From contig JAQUSB010000002.1 in assembly GCA_028715345.1 (NCBI GenBank), forward strand, positions 675 through 64,674: a stretch of 64,000 bases of DNA, read 5' to 3'. Source of the DNA: Candidatus Omnitrophota bacterium. Its GTDB lineage: Bacteria > Omnitrophota > Gorgyraeia > 2-01-FULL-45-10. Position numbers and translations under genes: made by a program. The notes beneath the pieces are model-generated. The model was not told where the DNA came from. It saw only the letters and a program-made list of their open reading frames with translations, and did no database searches. Position 1 is the stretch's first letter. Every line of letters begins with the position of its first letter. This document shows, in pieces, positions 26,034-35,906 of the stretch.

Positions 26034-27866
26034 ATGACGGCTAACGTAATATTTTATCCGATAATAGTCCCGCTCGTAACGGCGCTTGCGCTCTTGGTCA
26101 CGCCTAAAAAGATGAAGTGGGGCAAGGAGATCGTCGCGATAGCCGGGACGGCCTTAAATCTGTTATTGGCCATAGCGCTATTTAAATCGAATATTTATTT
26201 CTCGGCCCCATGGTCGGGCTTCGGTATCGATTTTTCGCTCAAACTGTATCAATTCAGCTCATTCATCATCCTCGCCGCGGCAGGGTTCGCATTCTTAATA
26301 ACTCTGTATTCTACGGCTTCATTATTCAATAAAGATTACGCGAAACCGTTTTATGTTTACCTTGCGCTGTCGCTTTTAATGGTGAACGGCGCCGTCCTGG
26401 CCGACAATCTCGTCCTGATGCTATTCTTCTGGGAAGGCTTACTCGTAACACTATTCGGCATGATCACGATAGGGAATAAGCATGCGTTCAAAACTGCCAC
26501 AAAAGCGTTCATCATAGTAGGCATAAGCGATCTATTTATGATGGTCGGGATAGCGCTCGTGGCGTATCTTGGCGGGACGATAACGATATCGCAAATAAAT
26601 CTGACGACCGCGGGACTGGGAGGGTTGGCATTCATCTTCCTTATAATAGGAGCCATATCGAAGGCCGGATCGATGCCTTTCCATAGCTGGATACCGGACG
26701 CGGCAATAGACGCTCCGCTTCCTTTCATGGCGATACTTCCTGCGTCATTGGAAAAATTGCTCGGCATATACTTTCTGGCGCGCATCTCGCTCGATATGTT
26801 CGAACTGAACGTCCATTCGTGGGCGAGCACAACCTTGATGGTAGTGGGCGCTATAACGATACTTCTTGCCGTAATGATGGCGCTCGTCCAGAAAGATTAC
26901 AAGAGGCTATTGTCATATCACGCGATAAGCCAGGTAGGATATATGATATTGGGCATCGGCACGCTTGTGCCCGTCGGGATCGTGGGCGGTCTATTCCACA
27001 TGATCAACCACGCGATGTATAAGAGCTGCCTATTCCTGACAGGCGGTTCGGTCGAGAAGCAGGCAGGCACAACCGACCTGGCAAAGCTGGGCGGGATCGC
27101 GAAGAGCATGCCCGTCACGTTCATCTGTTTTATAATAGCGGCCGCGTCCATATCGGGCGTGCCGCCTTTCAACGGTTTCTTCTCCAAAGAGCTCGTCTAT
27201 GACGGGGCGCTGGAGCGCGGGATGATATTCTATGTCGCCGCTATATTGGGGTCGTTCCTTACAGCAGCGTCTTTCTTGAAACTCGGCCACGCCGCGTTTT
27301 TAGGCAAAAAGCAGGGTAATGCCGAGGTAAAAGAAGCTCCGATGAGGATGCTGATACCTATGATAACTATCGCGTCGTTGTGCGTACTGTTCGGGCTATG
27401 GAACGCGCTTCCTCTGAACAATCTTATTCAGCCTATACTTGGTAAAAGATTGGAAGGGCATAACTTCTCGGGCCTTCCGACAAATGCGCTATTGGTAATA
27501 GCTACGGTGGTGGTCCTGGCGCTGGCATTATTGAACCATATTTACGGAGTGAAGAAGACAGGTAAGGCGCTGAAAGCGACAGACCATATACGTTACGCGC
27601 CCTTACTCGGGCATCTTTACGACATGGCGGAGAAGAGATTCTTCGACCCTTACAACATAGGCCTGGACATAGTGAATTTTTTCGCGAAGATCGCGGCCTG
27701 GTTCGACAGGGCTATCGACTGGGTCTATAATATATTAGTCGTCAATGCCGCAAACTTGGTCACGGGCCTGATAAAGCGACTGCATACCGGGAATTATGGG
27801 TCATACATAATCTGGTCGCTGGCAAGCGCGGCCGTTATATTAATATTTTTGATAAGAGCCATCTAA
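26034..27866 (+). CDS. group 4 hydrogenase antiporter-like membrane subunit (NuoL/MrpA-like, long form) 2
   Basis: 610 aa; WIPDAAIDAPLPFMAILPAS motif plus C-terminal extension. Confidence 0.7.
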   Translation: MTANVIFYPIIVPLVTALALLVTPKKMKWGKEIVAIAGTALNLLLAIALFKSNIYFSAPWSGFGIDFSLKLYQFSSFIILAAAGFAFLITLYSTASLFNKDYAKPFYVYLALSLLMVNGAVLADNLVLMLFFWEGLLVTLFGMITIGNKHAFKTATKAFIIVGISDLFMMVGIALVAYLGGTITISQINLTTAGLGGLAFIFLIIGAISKAGSMPFHSWIPDAAIDAPLPFMAILPASLEKLLGIYFLARISLDMFELNVHSWASTTLMVVGAITILLAVMMALVQKDYKRLLSYHAISQVGYMILGIGTLVPVGIVGGLFHMINHAMYKSCLFLTGGSVEKQAGTTDLAKLGGIAKSMPVTFICFIIAAASISGVPPFNGFFSKELVYDGALERGMIFYVAAILGSFLTAASFLKLGHAAFLGKKQGNAEVKEAPMRMLIPMITIASLCVLFGLWNALPLNNLIQPILGKRLEGHNFSGLPTNALLVIATVVVLALALLNHIYGVKKTGKALKATDHIRYAPLLGHLYDMAEKRFFDPYNIGLDIVNFFAKIAAWFDRAIDWVYNILVVNAANLVTGLIKRLHTGNYGSYIIWSLASAAVILIFLIRAI

Positions 27867-27884
27867 TATCGAAAGGAAATTTAA

Positions 27885-29324
27885 GTGCCGTCTTTAATGA
27901 TCTTGATACCGCTATTCGGGGTGATAATATTAAACCTCGTATTCGCCGTGAACAGCCGGATGAAAAAGGCCGCGTTCTGGCTTGCGCTGGCAATATTCTC
28001 TCTGCAGGTCGTTGTCGCCGTATTCCACCACCCGGCGCTATGGAACGATTCGCTGGGCCGCATCGATTCGTTCTTAAATGTAAGCTTTTTCGTCGATCAC
28101 CTGAGCTTTATAATGTTCATCTGCATAGGCATGGTATCGATAGCCAGCCTTTTTGTAGCGCGTTACGGAATGAAAGATGAGGACGATATCTTTAAATTCA
28201 TAAACCTGCTCATTATGGCGTCGATAGGGATGAGCGGCATCGTAATGGTAAAAGACATATTCTCGCTTTACGTATTCATGGAAATAACGGCGGTATCGTC
28301 ATTTCTTTTAATAGCGTTCCCCAGGTCCCTGGAATCCCTTGAAGGTTCGTTCAAGTACCTTATCCTTTCGTCTATAGCGACCGTACTGATGCTCACATCC
28401 ATAGGTATATTGTTCCTTGCGGCGGGCGGCACAGACTTTGACGCTATCGCCGCTGCGATAGGGGCATCCTACGAGAACGCGCTTGTGCTTGCGGCGATAG
28501 GGCTGTTTATTTGCGGCCTATTCATAAAAGGCGGGCTCGTCCCGTTCCATGGATGGCTGCCGGACGCGTATACCGCGGCGCCGGCGCCGGTATCGGTGCT
28601 TTTAGCCGGCGTCGTTACGAAATCCGCCGGTATCTACACGATGATACGCATCACAACCTCGCTCCTGCCGCACTACCAGAGCGTAAATAATATTCTCATG
28701 CTGGTCGGGACGATATCCATATTCGCGGGAGCGCTGGCGGCGATAGGCCAGGATAACTTTAAACGCATGCTCGCGTACTCAAGCATAAGCCAGATGGGCT
28801 ATATCATCCTCGGCCTCGGGACAGGCACGATCCTCGGGATCGCCGGCGCGGTATTCCATCTTTTGAATCACTCGATATTTAAATCGCTTCTCTTTGTGAA
28901 TTCAGCCGCTGTGGAAAAAGAGATCGGCACCAGCGACATGAATAGGATGGGCGGGATATCGCAGAAGATGCCTGTGACCGGCACGACTTCGGTCATCGCA
29001 TTCCTTTCAACGTGCGGCATACCGCCGCTGTCCGGTTTCTGGTCAAAGGTAATAATAGTAATAGCGTTGTGGCAGGCAGGCCAATACGCTTACGCCTCGC
29101 TTGCGATAATAGCTAGCATCATAACTCTGGCCTATTTTCTTTCTATGCAGCGCCGGGTATTTTTCGGCAAATTGCGAGCAGGCCTTGAAAATCTTAAGGA
29201 TGCGGAGGGCGGGGTGCTGACGGTGTCGGTGGTTTTAGCGGCGCTTACTATAGGCATAGGCATATTCTTCCCGTTCGTTTTTAACACATTGATACTGCCC
29301 GTAAAGGAAATACTGGTAAGGTAA
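27885..29324 (+). CDS. group 4 hydrogenase antiporter-like membrane subunit (NuoM/MrpD family) 3
   Basis: 479 aa; GTG start after GAAAGGAAAT RBS; WLPDAYTAAPAPVSVLLAGV motif. Confidence 0.7.
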   Translation: MPSLMILIPLFGVIILNLVFAVNSRMKKAAFWLALAIFSLQVVVAVFHHPALWNDSLGRIDSFLNVSFFVDHLSFIMFICIGMVSIASLFVARYGMKDEDDIFKFINLLIMASIGMSGIVMVKDIFSLYVFMEITAVSSFLLIAFPRSLESLEGSFKYLILSSIATVLMLTSIGILFLAAGGTDFDAIAAAIGASYENALVLAAIGLFICGLFIKGGLVPFHGWLPDAYTAAPAPVSVLLAGVVTKSAGIYTMIRITTSLLPHYQSVNNILMLVGTISIFAGALAAIGQDNFKRMLAYSSISQMGYIILGLGTGTILGIAGAVFHLLNHSIFKSLLFVNSAAVEKEIGTSDMNRMGGISQKMPVTGTTSVIAFLSTCGIPPLSGFWSKVIIVIALWQAGQYAYASLAIIASIITLAYFLSMQRRVFFGKLRAGLENLKDAEGGVLTVSVVLAALTIGIGIFFPFVFNTLILPVKEILVR

Positions 29325-29326
29325 AT

Positions 29327-29830
29327 ATGACGATTATTAATATAGACAATGCGCTTTTGATAGTTACGGCCATAGCGGCCATCTGGACCGTAATGGGCAG
29401 GAGCCTCCTGAAAGCGACGATAGGCCTCGCCGTGACAAGCGCGGCGATATCGGTAATTATATTCAGGCTCGAGAGCCCGCTCGCGGCCGTATTCGAGCTT
29501 TCGGTCTGCGCAGGCCTTATAACGGCGGTGTTTGTCAGCGCCATAAGCCTCACAAAACCATTGACGCACAAAGAGATACTGTACGCCTCAAAGGACAGGA
29601 TGAAGCGGTATATTTATCTTCCAGTGATCCTTTTGGTATTAGGCGCGGCTTTGGCATTTGTCAAAATATGGCCGGGGCTGGTCATTGCGGCGCCGGCAGC
29701 GGCCTCACAGCCGGAAGCCCGATCATTACTGTGGGACTTCAGGCGTTTGGATATACTGGGGCAAGTTATAATTTTATTGGCAGGAGCTTTCGGCATAGTG
29801 TTATTATTCGGGGAGAAGAAGAACAAATGA
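29327..29830 (+). CDS. MrpB/MnhB-like membrane subunit (DUF4040 + MnhB-type)
   Basis: 167 aa, 4-5 TM; pattern LAVTSAAISVIIFRLESPLAAVFELSVCAGL typical of MnhB-N/DUF4040. Confidence 0.5.
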   Translation: MTIINIDNALLIVTAIAAIWTVMGRSLLKATIGLAVTSAAISVIIFRLESPLAAVFELSVCAGLITAVFVSAISLTKPLTHKEILYASKDRMKRYIYLPVILLVLGAALAFVKIWPGLVIAAPAAASQPEARSLLWDFRRLDILGQVIILLAGAFGIVLLFGEKKNK

Positions 29831-30117
29831 TCGCCTTCCTTATTCTTTTACTGTTAATATGCGGGGCTTATTGCATAGTCGTCACGCGAAGCATGATACG
29901 CGCCATAATCGGGATAGAACTTTTGATAAAGGCCGTTACGCTTCTTATAATAGCGGCGGGCAATATGACCGGCAGGACCGCGACCGCGCAAAGCCTGGCG
30001 ATCACAATAATCATCATCGAAGTAGTAGTGGCGGCTACGGCTGCCGGCATCGCGTTATGGGTATTCAAACGGACCGGCACGCTGGATGTACGGAATTTAA
30101 GGAATCTCAAAGGTTAA
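29827..30117 (+). CDS. NuoK/MrpC-like membrane subunit
   Basis: 96 aa, 3 TM; ATGA overlap with upstream gene; IIGIELLIKAVTLLIIAAG... NuoK-like. Confidence 0.6.
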   Translation: MIAFLILLLLICGAYCIVVTRSMIRAIIGIELLIKAVTLLIIAAGNMTGRTATAQSLAITIIIIEVVVAATAAGIALWVFKRTGTLDVRNLRNLKG

Positions 30118-30126
30118 GGACGATAA

Positions 30127-30459
30127 ATGGATAATATTTTACTGTCTCCTCCGCTGGCTTTTCTGGTAGTCCTGGCAGCCATGCTGGTATTTTCGAGGCT
30201 TTTATCTGCTCTTGCATGTAAACCGAAAACTCACGGCGAAGGGGAAGGCAAATCGTACGCATGCGGGGAAGAGGCCCCTACGGGTTTGGTCCAGCCCGAT
30301 TACAGCCAGTTCTTTCCGTTCGCGTTCTTCTTCACGCTTTTACACGTATTTACGCTGACTATCGCGACGGTTCCCGCGCTCACAGGCGGATCGTTCATCG
30401 TAGCGGTAATTTATATATTGACCGCGATAACCGGCATGGTAATTCTTTTCAGGAGATAG
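30127..30459 (+). CDS. NuoA/MbhI-like small membrane subunit
   Basis: 110 aa; TM1 then KSYACGEE loop reminiscent of NuoA YECG motif, then 2 TM. Confidence 0.4.
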   Translation: MDNILLSPPLAFLVVLAAMLVFSRLLSALACKPKTHGEGEGKSYACGEEAPTGLVQPDYSQFFPFAFFFTLLHVFTLTIATVPALTGGSFIVAVIYILTAITGMVILFRR

Positions 30460-30462
30460 GAT

Positions 30463-30912
30463 ATGGGTTTGGTCCATAAGATAGTTACATGGTCGAGAAT
30501 AAAATCCCCGTGGATAATACACTTTAACACGGGCGCATGCAATGCCTGCGATATAGAAATAGTCGCGGCGCTCACCCCGCGTTACGATATCGAGCGCTTC
30601 GGTATACAGCTCAAAGGTACACCGCGCCACGCCGATGTGCTCGTCTGCTCTGGCCCGGTGACGAAGCAGATAAAATGCAGGCTGAAGAGGATCTACGACC
30701 AGATGCCGGAGCCGAAATTCGTCGTAGCGGTGGGGACGTGCGCGTGTTCGGGCGGCGTTTTCGACGGCTGTTACAACGTGGAGTCTGGCATTGATAAAGT
30801 GATACCCGTTTCCGCGTATATACCCGGATGCCCCGCGAGCCCCAAGGCGATAATAGACGGCGTAGTGAAATTACTGACCGGCCTCGAAGCGAAGGAAGCG
30901 AAAGCGAAATGA
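30463..30912 (+). CDS. [NiFe] hydrogenase small subunit (NuoB/MbhJ family)
   Basis: 149 aa; CNACDIE ... GTCACSGG proximal Fe-S cluster Cys pattern. Confidence 0.8.
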   Translation: MGLVHKIVTWSRIKSPWIIHFNTGACNACDIEIVAALTPRYDIERFGIQLKGTPRHADVLVCSGPVTKQIKCRLKRIYDQMPEPKFVVAVGTCACSGGVFDGCYNVESGIDKVIPVSAYIPGCPASPKAIIDGVVKLLTGLEAKEAKAK

Positions 30913-31385
30913 CGAAAACAAAAGAAGAGAGCCTGCAGGGCGAGTTGATAAAAAATTTCCGGTTTCTCGACGGTAAAATAACCGTGAGCCGGCCGCGGCG
31001 CATGTCCGCGGAAGTGCCCCCGGCGAATTTCCGGGAAGTTTTAGAGTATGCTGTCGATAAATTGTCGTTTACCATGCTATGCGCCATAACCGGCCTGGAC
31101 GAAACGGCAAACCTGGCATTTATATATCACATAGCCAGGGAAGATGGTATCATATTGAATATAAAAGTGGCGGTCGACAGAAATAACCCTGCCATCGAAA
31201 CCATAACCGGTCTTTTCCCCGGCGCGGATGTTTATGAACGCGAGCTGGTCGATCTTCTCGGCGCGAAAGTCGAGGGATTGGCTAAAGGGTCGAGATACCC
31301 CCTCACGGACGATTGGCCGGCCGGCGAATATCCTCTTCGGAAAGACTGGAAGAAGAACGACACAAAAGAGGTGACTAATGCATAA
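30909..31385 (+). CDS. NuoC/MbhK-like subunit
   Basis: 158 aa; ATGA overlap; NuoC-type 30-kDa fold signature (ERELVDLLG...). Confidence 0.7.
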   Translation: MTKTKEESLQGELIKNFRFLDGKITVSRPRRMSAEVPPANFREVLEYAVDKLSFTMLCAITGLDETANLAFIYHIAREDGIILNIKVAVDRNNPAIETITGLFPGADVYERELVDLLGAKVEGLAKGSRYPLTDDWPAGEYPLRKDWKKNDTKEVTNA

Positions 31386-32601
31386 AGTGGTTATCCCTAT
31401 AGGACCGCAGCATCCGGCGCTGAAAGAGCCCGAAAGCTTCAGCGTTACTTTAAGCGGCGAAAAGATAATGAAGTTCTCGGCAAGGCTCGGCTACAACCAC
31501 CGGGGTATAGAAAAGGCCTGTGAAGAGAGGACCTACGTGCAGGACGTCTATCTGACCGAGCGTATCTGCGGCATCTGCTCGCATTCACATTCCACATGTT
31601 TCACCCAGGCGGTGGAAGAGATCGCCAAAGTGGACGTGCCGAAACGCGCCCTCTATATACGCACGCTCGTCGGAGAACTCGAAAGGATACACAGCCATCT
31701 ATTATGGCTCGGCGTCGCCGGCCACGAAGTAGGCTTCGATACTCTTCTTATGTATACCTGGCGCGACCGCGAAGTGGTCATGGATATACTTGCCATGCTC
31801 ACGGGAAACCGCGTCAACTACGGCATAAATATGATAGGCGGGGTCAGGCGCGACGTGAGCGCAGAACAAGCCAAAGCGATACTGAAGGCAATGGATACCC
31901 TCGAGGAACGCACAAAATATTACATCCAGGTCGCCACGCAGGAGACTACGCTTATCCAGAGGCTGTCCGGGGTGGGGATACTGTCGCATAAGGACGCGCT
32001 TAAGCTGGGCGCTGTCGGGCCCACTGCACGCGCCTCCGGCGTAAACAGGGACGTCAGACGGGACGATCCGTATGCCGCTTATTCGGAAGTGAAGTTCAAG
32101 GTCATTACAGACGATCACAACGACGTTTACGGACGGACGCTTGTGCGCATGGGCGAACTTTTGGAATCCTACAGCATAATACGCCAGATAGTAAAAAAGA
32201 TGCCCGAGGGCCCCATAATCACAAAAGTCCCGCGGAAGATCCCCGCCGGAGAAGCGACTTCGAGATACGAAGCGCCGCGCGGCGAAGATATGCATTACGT
32301 GAAGGCGAACGGCACCGAAAAGCCCGAAAGAGTAAAGGTGCGCGCCCCGACCCTGGCAAATATACAGACCGTCGCGAAGATGCTCGAAGACAGACAGCTT
32401 GCGGACCTGCCGATAGTCATAGCCGCCATAGATCCTTGCTTCTCCTGCACGGACCGGCTGACAGGCATACGGCAAACCGGAAAACGTAAAAAGAACGTGC
32501 TGAAGTGGGAAGAGCTGCATACTTACAGTATCACTTTCTACAAAGAACACGGGATAGATTTTACCGACCTGAACAAAAAAATGGCAAAGGCGCTGAAATG
32601 A
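31378..32601 (+). CDS. group 4 [NiFe] hydrogenase large (catalytic) subunit with C-terminal extension
   Basis: 407 aa; both Ni-Fe ligand motifs present: RICGICSHSH (L1) and DPCFSCTDR (L2); ~45 aa follow L2, consistent with HycI-type processing. Confidence 0.85.
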   Translation: MHKVVIPIGPQHPALKEPESFSVTLSGEKIMKFSARLGYNHRGIEKACEERTYVQDVYLTERICGICSHSHSTCFTQAVEEIAKVDVPKRALYIRTLVGELERIHSHLLWLGVAGHEVGFDTLLMYTWRDREVVMDILAMLTGNRVNYGINMIGGVRRDVSAEQAKAILKAMDTLEERTKYYIQVATQETTLIQRLSGVGILSHKDALKLGAVGPTARASGVNRDVRRDDPYAAYSEVKFKVITDDHNDVYGRTLVRMGELLESYSIIRQIVKKMPEGPIITKVPRKIPAGEATSRYEAPRGEDMHYVKANGTEKPERVKVRAPTLANIQTVAKMLEDRQLADLPIVIAAIDPCFSCTDRLTGIRQTGKRKKNVLKWEELHTYSITFYKEHGIDFTDLNKKMAKALK

Positions 32602-33536
32602 TGGGATTGTTTTACATGCTGGTCTTCCCGGGATTCATATTCTTGAGCGTATTCGGCATGGCAGCCGAATATTGCGACAGGAAGCTTTACGCGAGACTGC
32701 AGAACAGGGTAGGCCCTCCGTGGTTTCAGCCTTTGGCGGACTTCATAAAACTGGTGTCCAAGGAAGAGATAATACCCGAGGAAGCGAACCCTTCGATGTT
32801 CAAGATCATGCCCGTACTCGCCCTGACCGCGACGATCACAGCATTTTTCTACATACCGGCCTGGGGTTATAAAGCGTTATATTCTTTCAACGGCGACCTT
32901 ATAGTCGTTCTGTATCTTCTGACAATACCTACGCTGACATTCTTCCTCGGAGGGTGGTATTCGACTTCACTGTATTCGAAGATCGGCGCGGTAAGAGCGC
33001 TCACCCAGTTATTCGCTTACGAAGTCCCGCTCCTCATGAGTATCCTGGCCCCGGCGCTTCTGGCAAATTCCTGGTCGCTGAGCGAGATCGCAAAATTTTA
33101 CGCCCAGCACCCGGTATATTGGTTCTTCAACCTGCTTGGCTTCGCCATATCGATGATATCGCTGCTCGGCAAACTCGAAAAAGTCCCGTTCGACATACCC
33201 GAAGCGGAGACGGAGATAGTGGGCGGCACTTTTACCGAATACGGCGGGAAACTGTTGGGGCTATTCAGGCTCGGCATAGACATAGAGGCGATCGTGGGCT
33301 CCGCGCTTTTAGCGGCCGTATTCCTGCCGTTCGGCCTGGGATTACCGCCGGTAGCGGGATTCCTACTGTTCGTCCTTAAGGTTATGGGCGTCATCTGCAC
33401 GTTATCGATACTGCGAACGATCTTCGCGCGCTTACGCATAGACCAGATGATGGCTTTCTGCTGGAAGGTCCTGGCGCCCCTGGCTTTTGTGCAGTTATTT
33501 ATCGATCTCATATTAAAATGGATACCGCTCAAATGA
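32598..33536 (+). CDS. NuoH/MbhM/HyfC-like membrane anchor subunit
   Basis: ATG 32598 (ATGA overlap with large subunit); 8 TM; RVGPP-type N-terminus (LQNRVGPPW). Confidence 0.75.
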   Translation: MMGLFYMLVFPGFIFLSVFGMAAEYCDRKLYARLQNRVGPPWFQPLADFIKLVSKEEIIPEEANPSMFKIMPVLALTATITAFFYIPAWGYKALYSFNGDLIVVLYLLTIPTLTFFLGGWYSTSLYSKIGAVRALTQLFAYEVPLLMSILAPALLANSWSLSEIAKFYAQHPVYWFFNLLGFAISMISLLGKLEKVPFDIPEAETEIVGGTFTEYGGKLLGLFRLGIDIEAIVGSALLAAVFLPFGLGLPPVAGFLLFVLKVMGVICTLSILRTIFARLRIDQMMAFCWKVLAPLAFVQLFIDLILKWIPLK

Positions 33537-33910
33537 TCCGCCCCGGGAAAATGTTAAAACAGGTGCTCGATTCGATCTTTAGGAAACCCGCTACAACGAA
33601 TTATCCCTTCACAAAGGCCGTAATGCCGGATAAATTCAGGGGAAAGATAATATTTCACCCGGAAAAGTGCATAGGCTGTAAGATGTGCATGCGCGATTGC
33701 CCGGCGGGCGCCATCCAGATCCGGAAGATAGGAGATAAAAAATTCGAATGCGAGATCGATCTGGGCAAATGTATTTATTGCGCCCAGTGCGTAGACTCCT
33801 GCTTGAAGAAAGCGCTCGAAACGACAAAAGAATTCGAGCTCGCGGCCCTGGAAAGGAATAAGCTTAAGGTAACTTACCATGCCGACACTGGAGAAGTATC
33901 TAAAGAATAG
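33518..33910 (+). CDS. 2x[4Fe-4S] ferredoxin subunit (NuoI/MbhN-like)
   Basis: CIGCKMCMRDCP and CIYCAQCVDSC motifs. Confidence 0.75.
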   Translation: MDTAQMIRPGKMLKQVLDSIFRKPATTNYPFTKAVMPDKFRGKIIFHPEKCIGCKMCMRDCPAGAIQIRKIGDKKFECEIDLGKCIYCAQCVDSCLKKALETTKEFELAALERNKLKVTYHADTGEVSKE

Positions 33911-34388
33911 GTTCGCGAATGCTAAAAAGATCGCTCTTCTTGCTATCGGCTCGGAGCTCAGGGGAGATGACGCGGCCGGCCTCCTTGTCGCTGATAACGT
34001 AAAGAAACTGCTCAAAACCTCAAACCGTAGATTCAAGATATTCAACGGCGCGACGGCGCCGGAAAACCTCACGGGCGACATCAAACGGTTCAACCCATCC
34101 CATATACTTTTACTCGACAGCGTAGACTTTAAAGATAAACCCGGTTCGATCATAGTCTTAAACCCCCGCGACATAGGCGACGGGGTGTCATTCTCTACCC
34201 ATAAGATGCCGGCCAAAATCCTGATGCGCTATTTTTATGAGTCTATCGATTGCGATCCCATATTGATAGGCATCCAGCCGCTTTCAATAAATTTCGGAGC
34301 AAAACCGTCCGGGGCTGTGGTCAGCTCGGCCAAAGAGGCGGCGGCCGCGATCGTAAAGTCATTGAAGGCTTTGCCGAAGCAAGGATGA
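33879..34388 (+). CDS. hycI: hydrogenase maturation endopeptidase (HycI/HyaD family)
   Basis: 169 aa; ALLAIGSELRGDDAAGLLVA metal-binding motif. Confidence 0.7.
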   Translation: MPTLEKYLKNRFANAKKIALLAIGSELRGDDAAGLLVADNVKKLLKTSNRRFKIFNGATAPENLTGDIKRFNPSHILLLDSVDFKDKPGSIIVLNPRDIGDGVSFSTHKMPAKILMRYFYESIDCDPILIGIQPLSINFGAKPSGAVVSSAKEAAAAIVKSLKALPKQG

Positions 34389-34391
34389 AAA

Positions 34392-34634
34392 TTGACAAAA
34401 GCTTATAAGTGGATTAAAATAGGTGGATTATTATCATTTATCCCGATAGCCATGGCCGTGGGCCCTCTGGCGGGGTATTTTGCCGCAGATTACCTTGAAA
34501 AGAAGTTCAATTTTCCCGGTTTCACTTCGGCTATATTCATAATAATAGGTTTTACCGCGAGCACCATAGAGACCGTGAAGATAATACGCCTGGCGCTCAA
34601 GACAGAGAAAGAGATGGATGGAAAACACGTTTAG
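34392..34634 (+). CDS. AtpZ-like small membrane protein preceding ATP synthase genes
   Basis: 80 aa, two TM helices, Gly-rich, basic C-terminus. Confidence 0.4.
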   Translation: MTKAYKWIKIGGLLSFIPIAMAVGPLAGYFAADYLEKKFNFPGFTSAIFIIIGFTASTIETVKIIRLALKTEKEMDGKHV

Positions 34635-34893
34635 GTGGGTCTTAGGGTTCGGTATAGGCGCGGCGTGGTCGTGCGCAAATTTATATTTTACGACAAATAT
34701 ATTAAAGATAAGCGTACTCAAAAAAGAGCGGGCAAAATTAACGGCGCTTCTGCTTCTTAAATTCCCGGTCCTTTACCTGGCAGGCCTTCTTATATTACTC
34801 TCGAAAGTCTTCCCGGTCGCGAGCCTTTTGACCGGACTTACGATCGTTATAATAATAGCGGGGATACGAAGATTATGGCCGAAACAGGCGTAG
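34618..34893 (+). CDS. ATP synthase protein I-like (AtpI/AtpR family)
   Basis: 91 aa, 3 TM, position directly before atpB. Confidence 0.4.
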   Translation: MENTFRWVLGFGIGAAWSCANLYFTTNILKISVLKKERAKLTALLLLKFPVLYLAGLLILLSKVFPVASLLTGLTIVIIIAGIRRLWPKQA

Positions 34894-35642
34894 CAAAAAC
34901 TCCGGAACTCCCGAATCTGGTAACGATCCTGGCGGAGAAATTCCACGGCAGCCCGTTCGCGTCATTTTTGATCGCGTGGGAAAACGTGATATTCTCTTTG
35001 ATAATAATCGCCGCTATAGCGATCACGGCATACGCGGCATCCCGCAAAACAGCGCTCATACCCGGCCGCCTGCAGAGCCTGTTCGAAATGTTCGTCGGCG
35101 GCGTGGACGATTTCGTTTGCGGCATCATAGGGCACGACGGCAGAAAATACGTTCCTTTCATAGGCACGCTATTCATATATATTTTATGCATGAACTTGTC
35201 TGGGCTCGTCCCGTTCATAAAAGCGCCTTCGGCGAGCTGGTCGACGACGCTGGCGCTCGCGATATGCGTATCGGTTTATACGCTATACGCGGGTTTTTCG
35301 TCGATGGGATTCGTGGGTTTTGTCGACCACCTGGCGGGCAGGCCGCGCGGAATAGTCGCTTTCCTGGTCTTTATACCGGTAATGATGTTTTTCCTGGAAA
35401 TGGTTTCTCTTTTATTCGTACGGCCCTTAAGCCTGTCACTTCGTCTTCGAAGCAATATATGGGGGGACGATATGCTTCTTGCCGTATTCGCGAGTTTTGG
35501 GCTGAAAGGGCTGGCGCTCCTTATATTCAATTCGATAATGGCGATAGTGGTTTCTATAGTGCAGACGCTCGTATTTTGTCTTTTGACGACGATATATTTT
35601 ACGCTGATATTGAGTCACGAAGAAGAAAGTACGGCTAAATAA
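34875..35642 (+). CDS. atpB: F-type ATP synthase subunit a
   Basis: 255 aa; LSLRLRSNIWGDDML matches conserved a-subunit Arg helix. Confidence 0.85.
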   Translation: MAETGVAKTPELPNLVTILAEKFHGSPFASFLIAWENVIFSLIIIAAIAITAYAASRKTALIPGRLQSLFEMFVGGVDDFVCGIIGHDGRKYVPFIGTLFIYILCMNLSGLVPFIKAPSASWSTTLALAICVSVYTLYAGFSSMGFVGFVDHLAGRPRGIVAFLVFIPVMMFFLEMVSLLFVRPLSLSLRLRSNIWGDDMLLAVFASFGLKGLALLIFNSIMAIVVSIVQTLVFCLLTTIYFTLILSHEEESTAK

Positions 35643-35654
35643 AAAGGGGGTATT

Positions 35655-35885
35655 ATGGATTTCAGATCGATGCTTGCAATAGGATTGCCGCTCGGGCTCG
35701 GTATCGCGGCTTTCGGATCGGCAATGGGGCTGGGAAAAGCGGTAGCGGCGGCAATGGACGCCACGGGACGCCAGCCTGAAGCTGCGACGAAGATATTGAT
35801 CAATATGGCCACCGGATGCGCGTTCATAGAAGCGCTGACCATATACGCGCTCGTATTCGTTTTCGGCCTTGCCGGAAAGATCTAA
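35655..35885 (+). CDS. atpE: F-type ATP synthase subunit c (H+-type site)
   Basis: 76 aa; GRQPE loop; ion-site helix AFIEALTIYALV (E-A-L-T, no Ser/Thr pair, helix-1 Gln absent). Confidence 0.9.
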   Translation: MDFRSMLAIGLPLGLGIAAFGSAMGLGKAVAAAMDATGRQPEAATKILINMATGCAFIEALTIYALVFVFGLAGKI

Positions 35886-35906
35886 AACTCCGCTGACAGG
35901 TAAAAA

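Noticed and set aside
31702-32550. 282-aa antisense ORF opposite the hydrogenase large subunit; similar long antisense ORFs at 58767..59654, 17675..18208 and 220..951
   Set aside because: They overlap well-supported + strand genes completely and have no recognisable domains. The codon-bias shadow of the sense gene explains them, so they are spurious.
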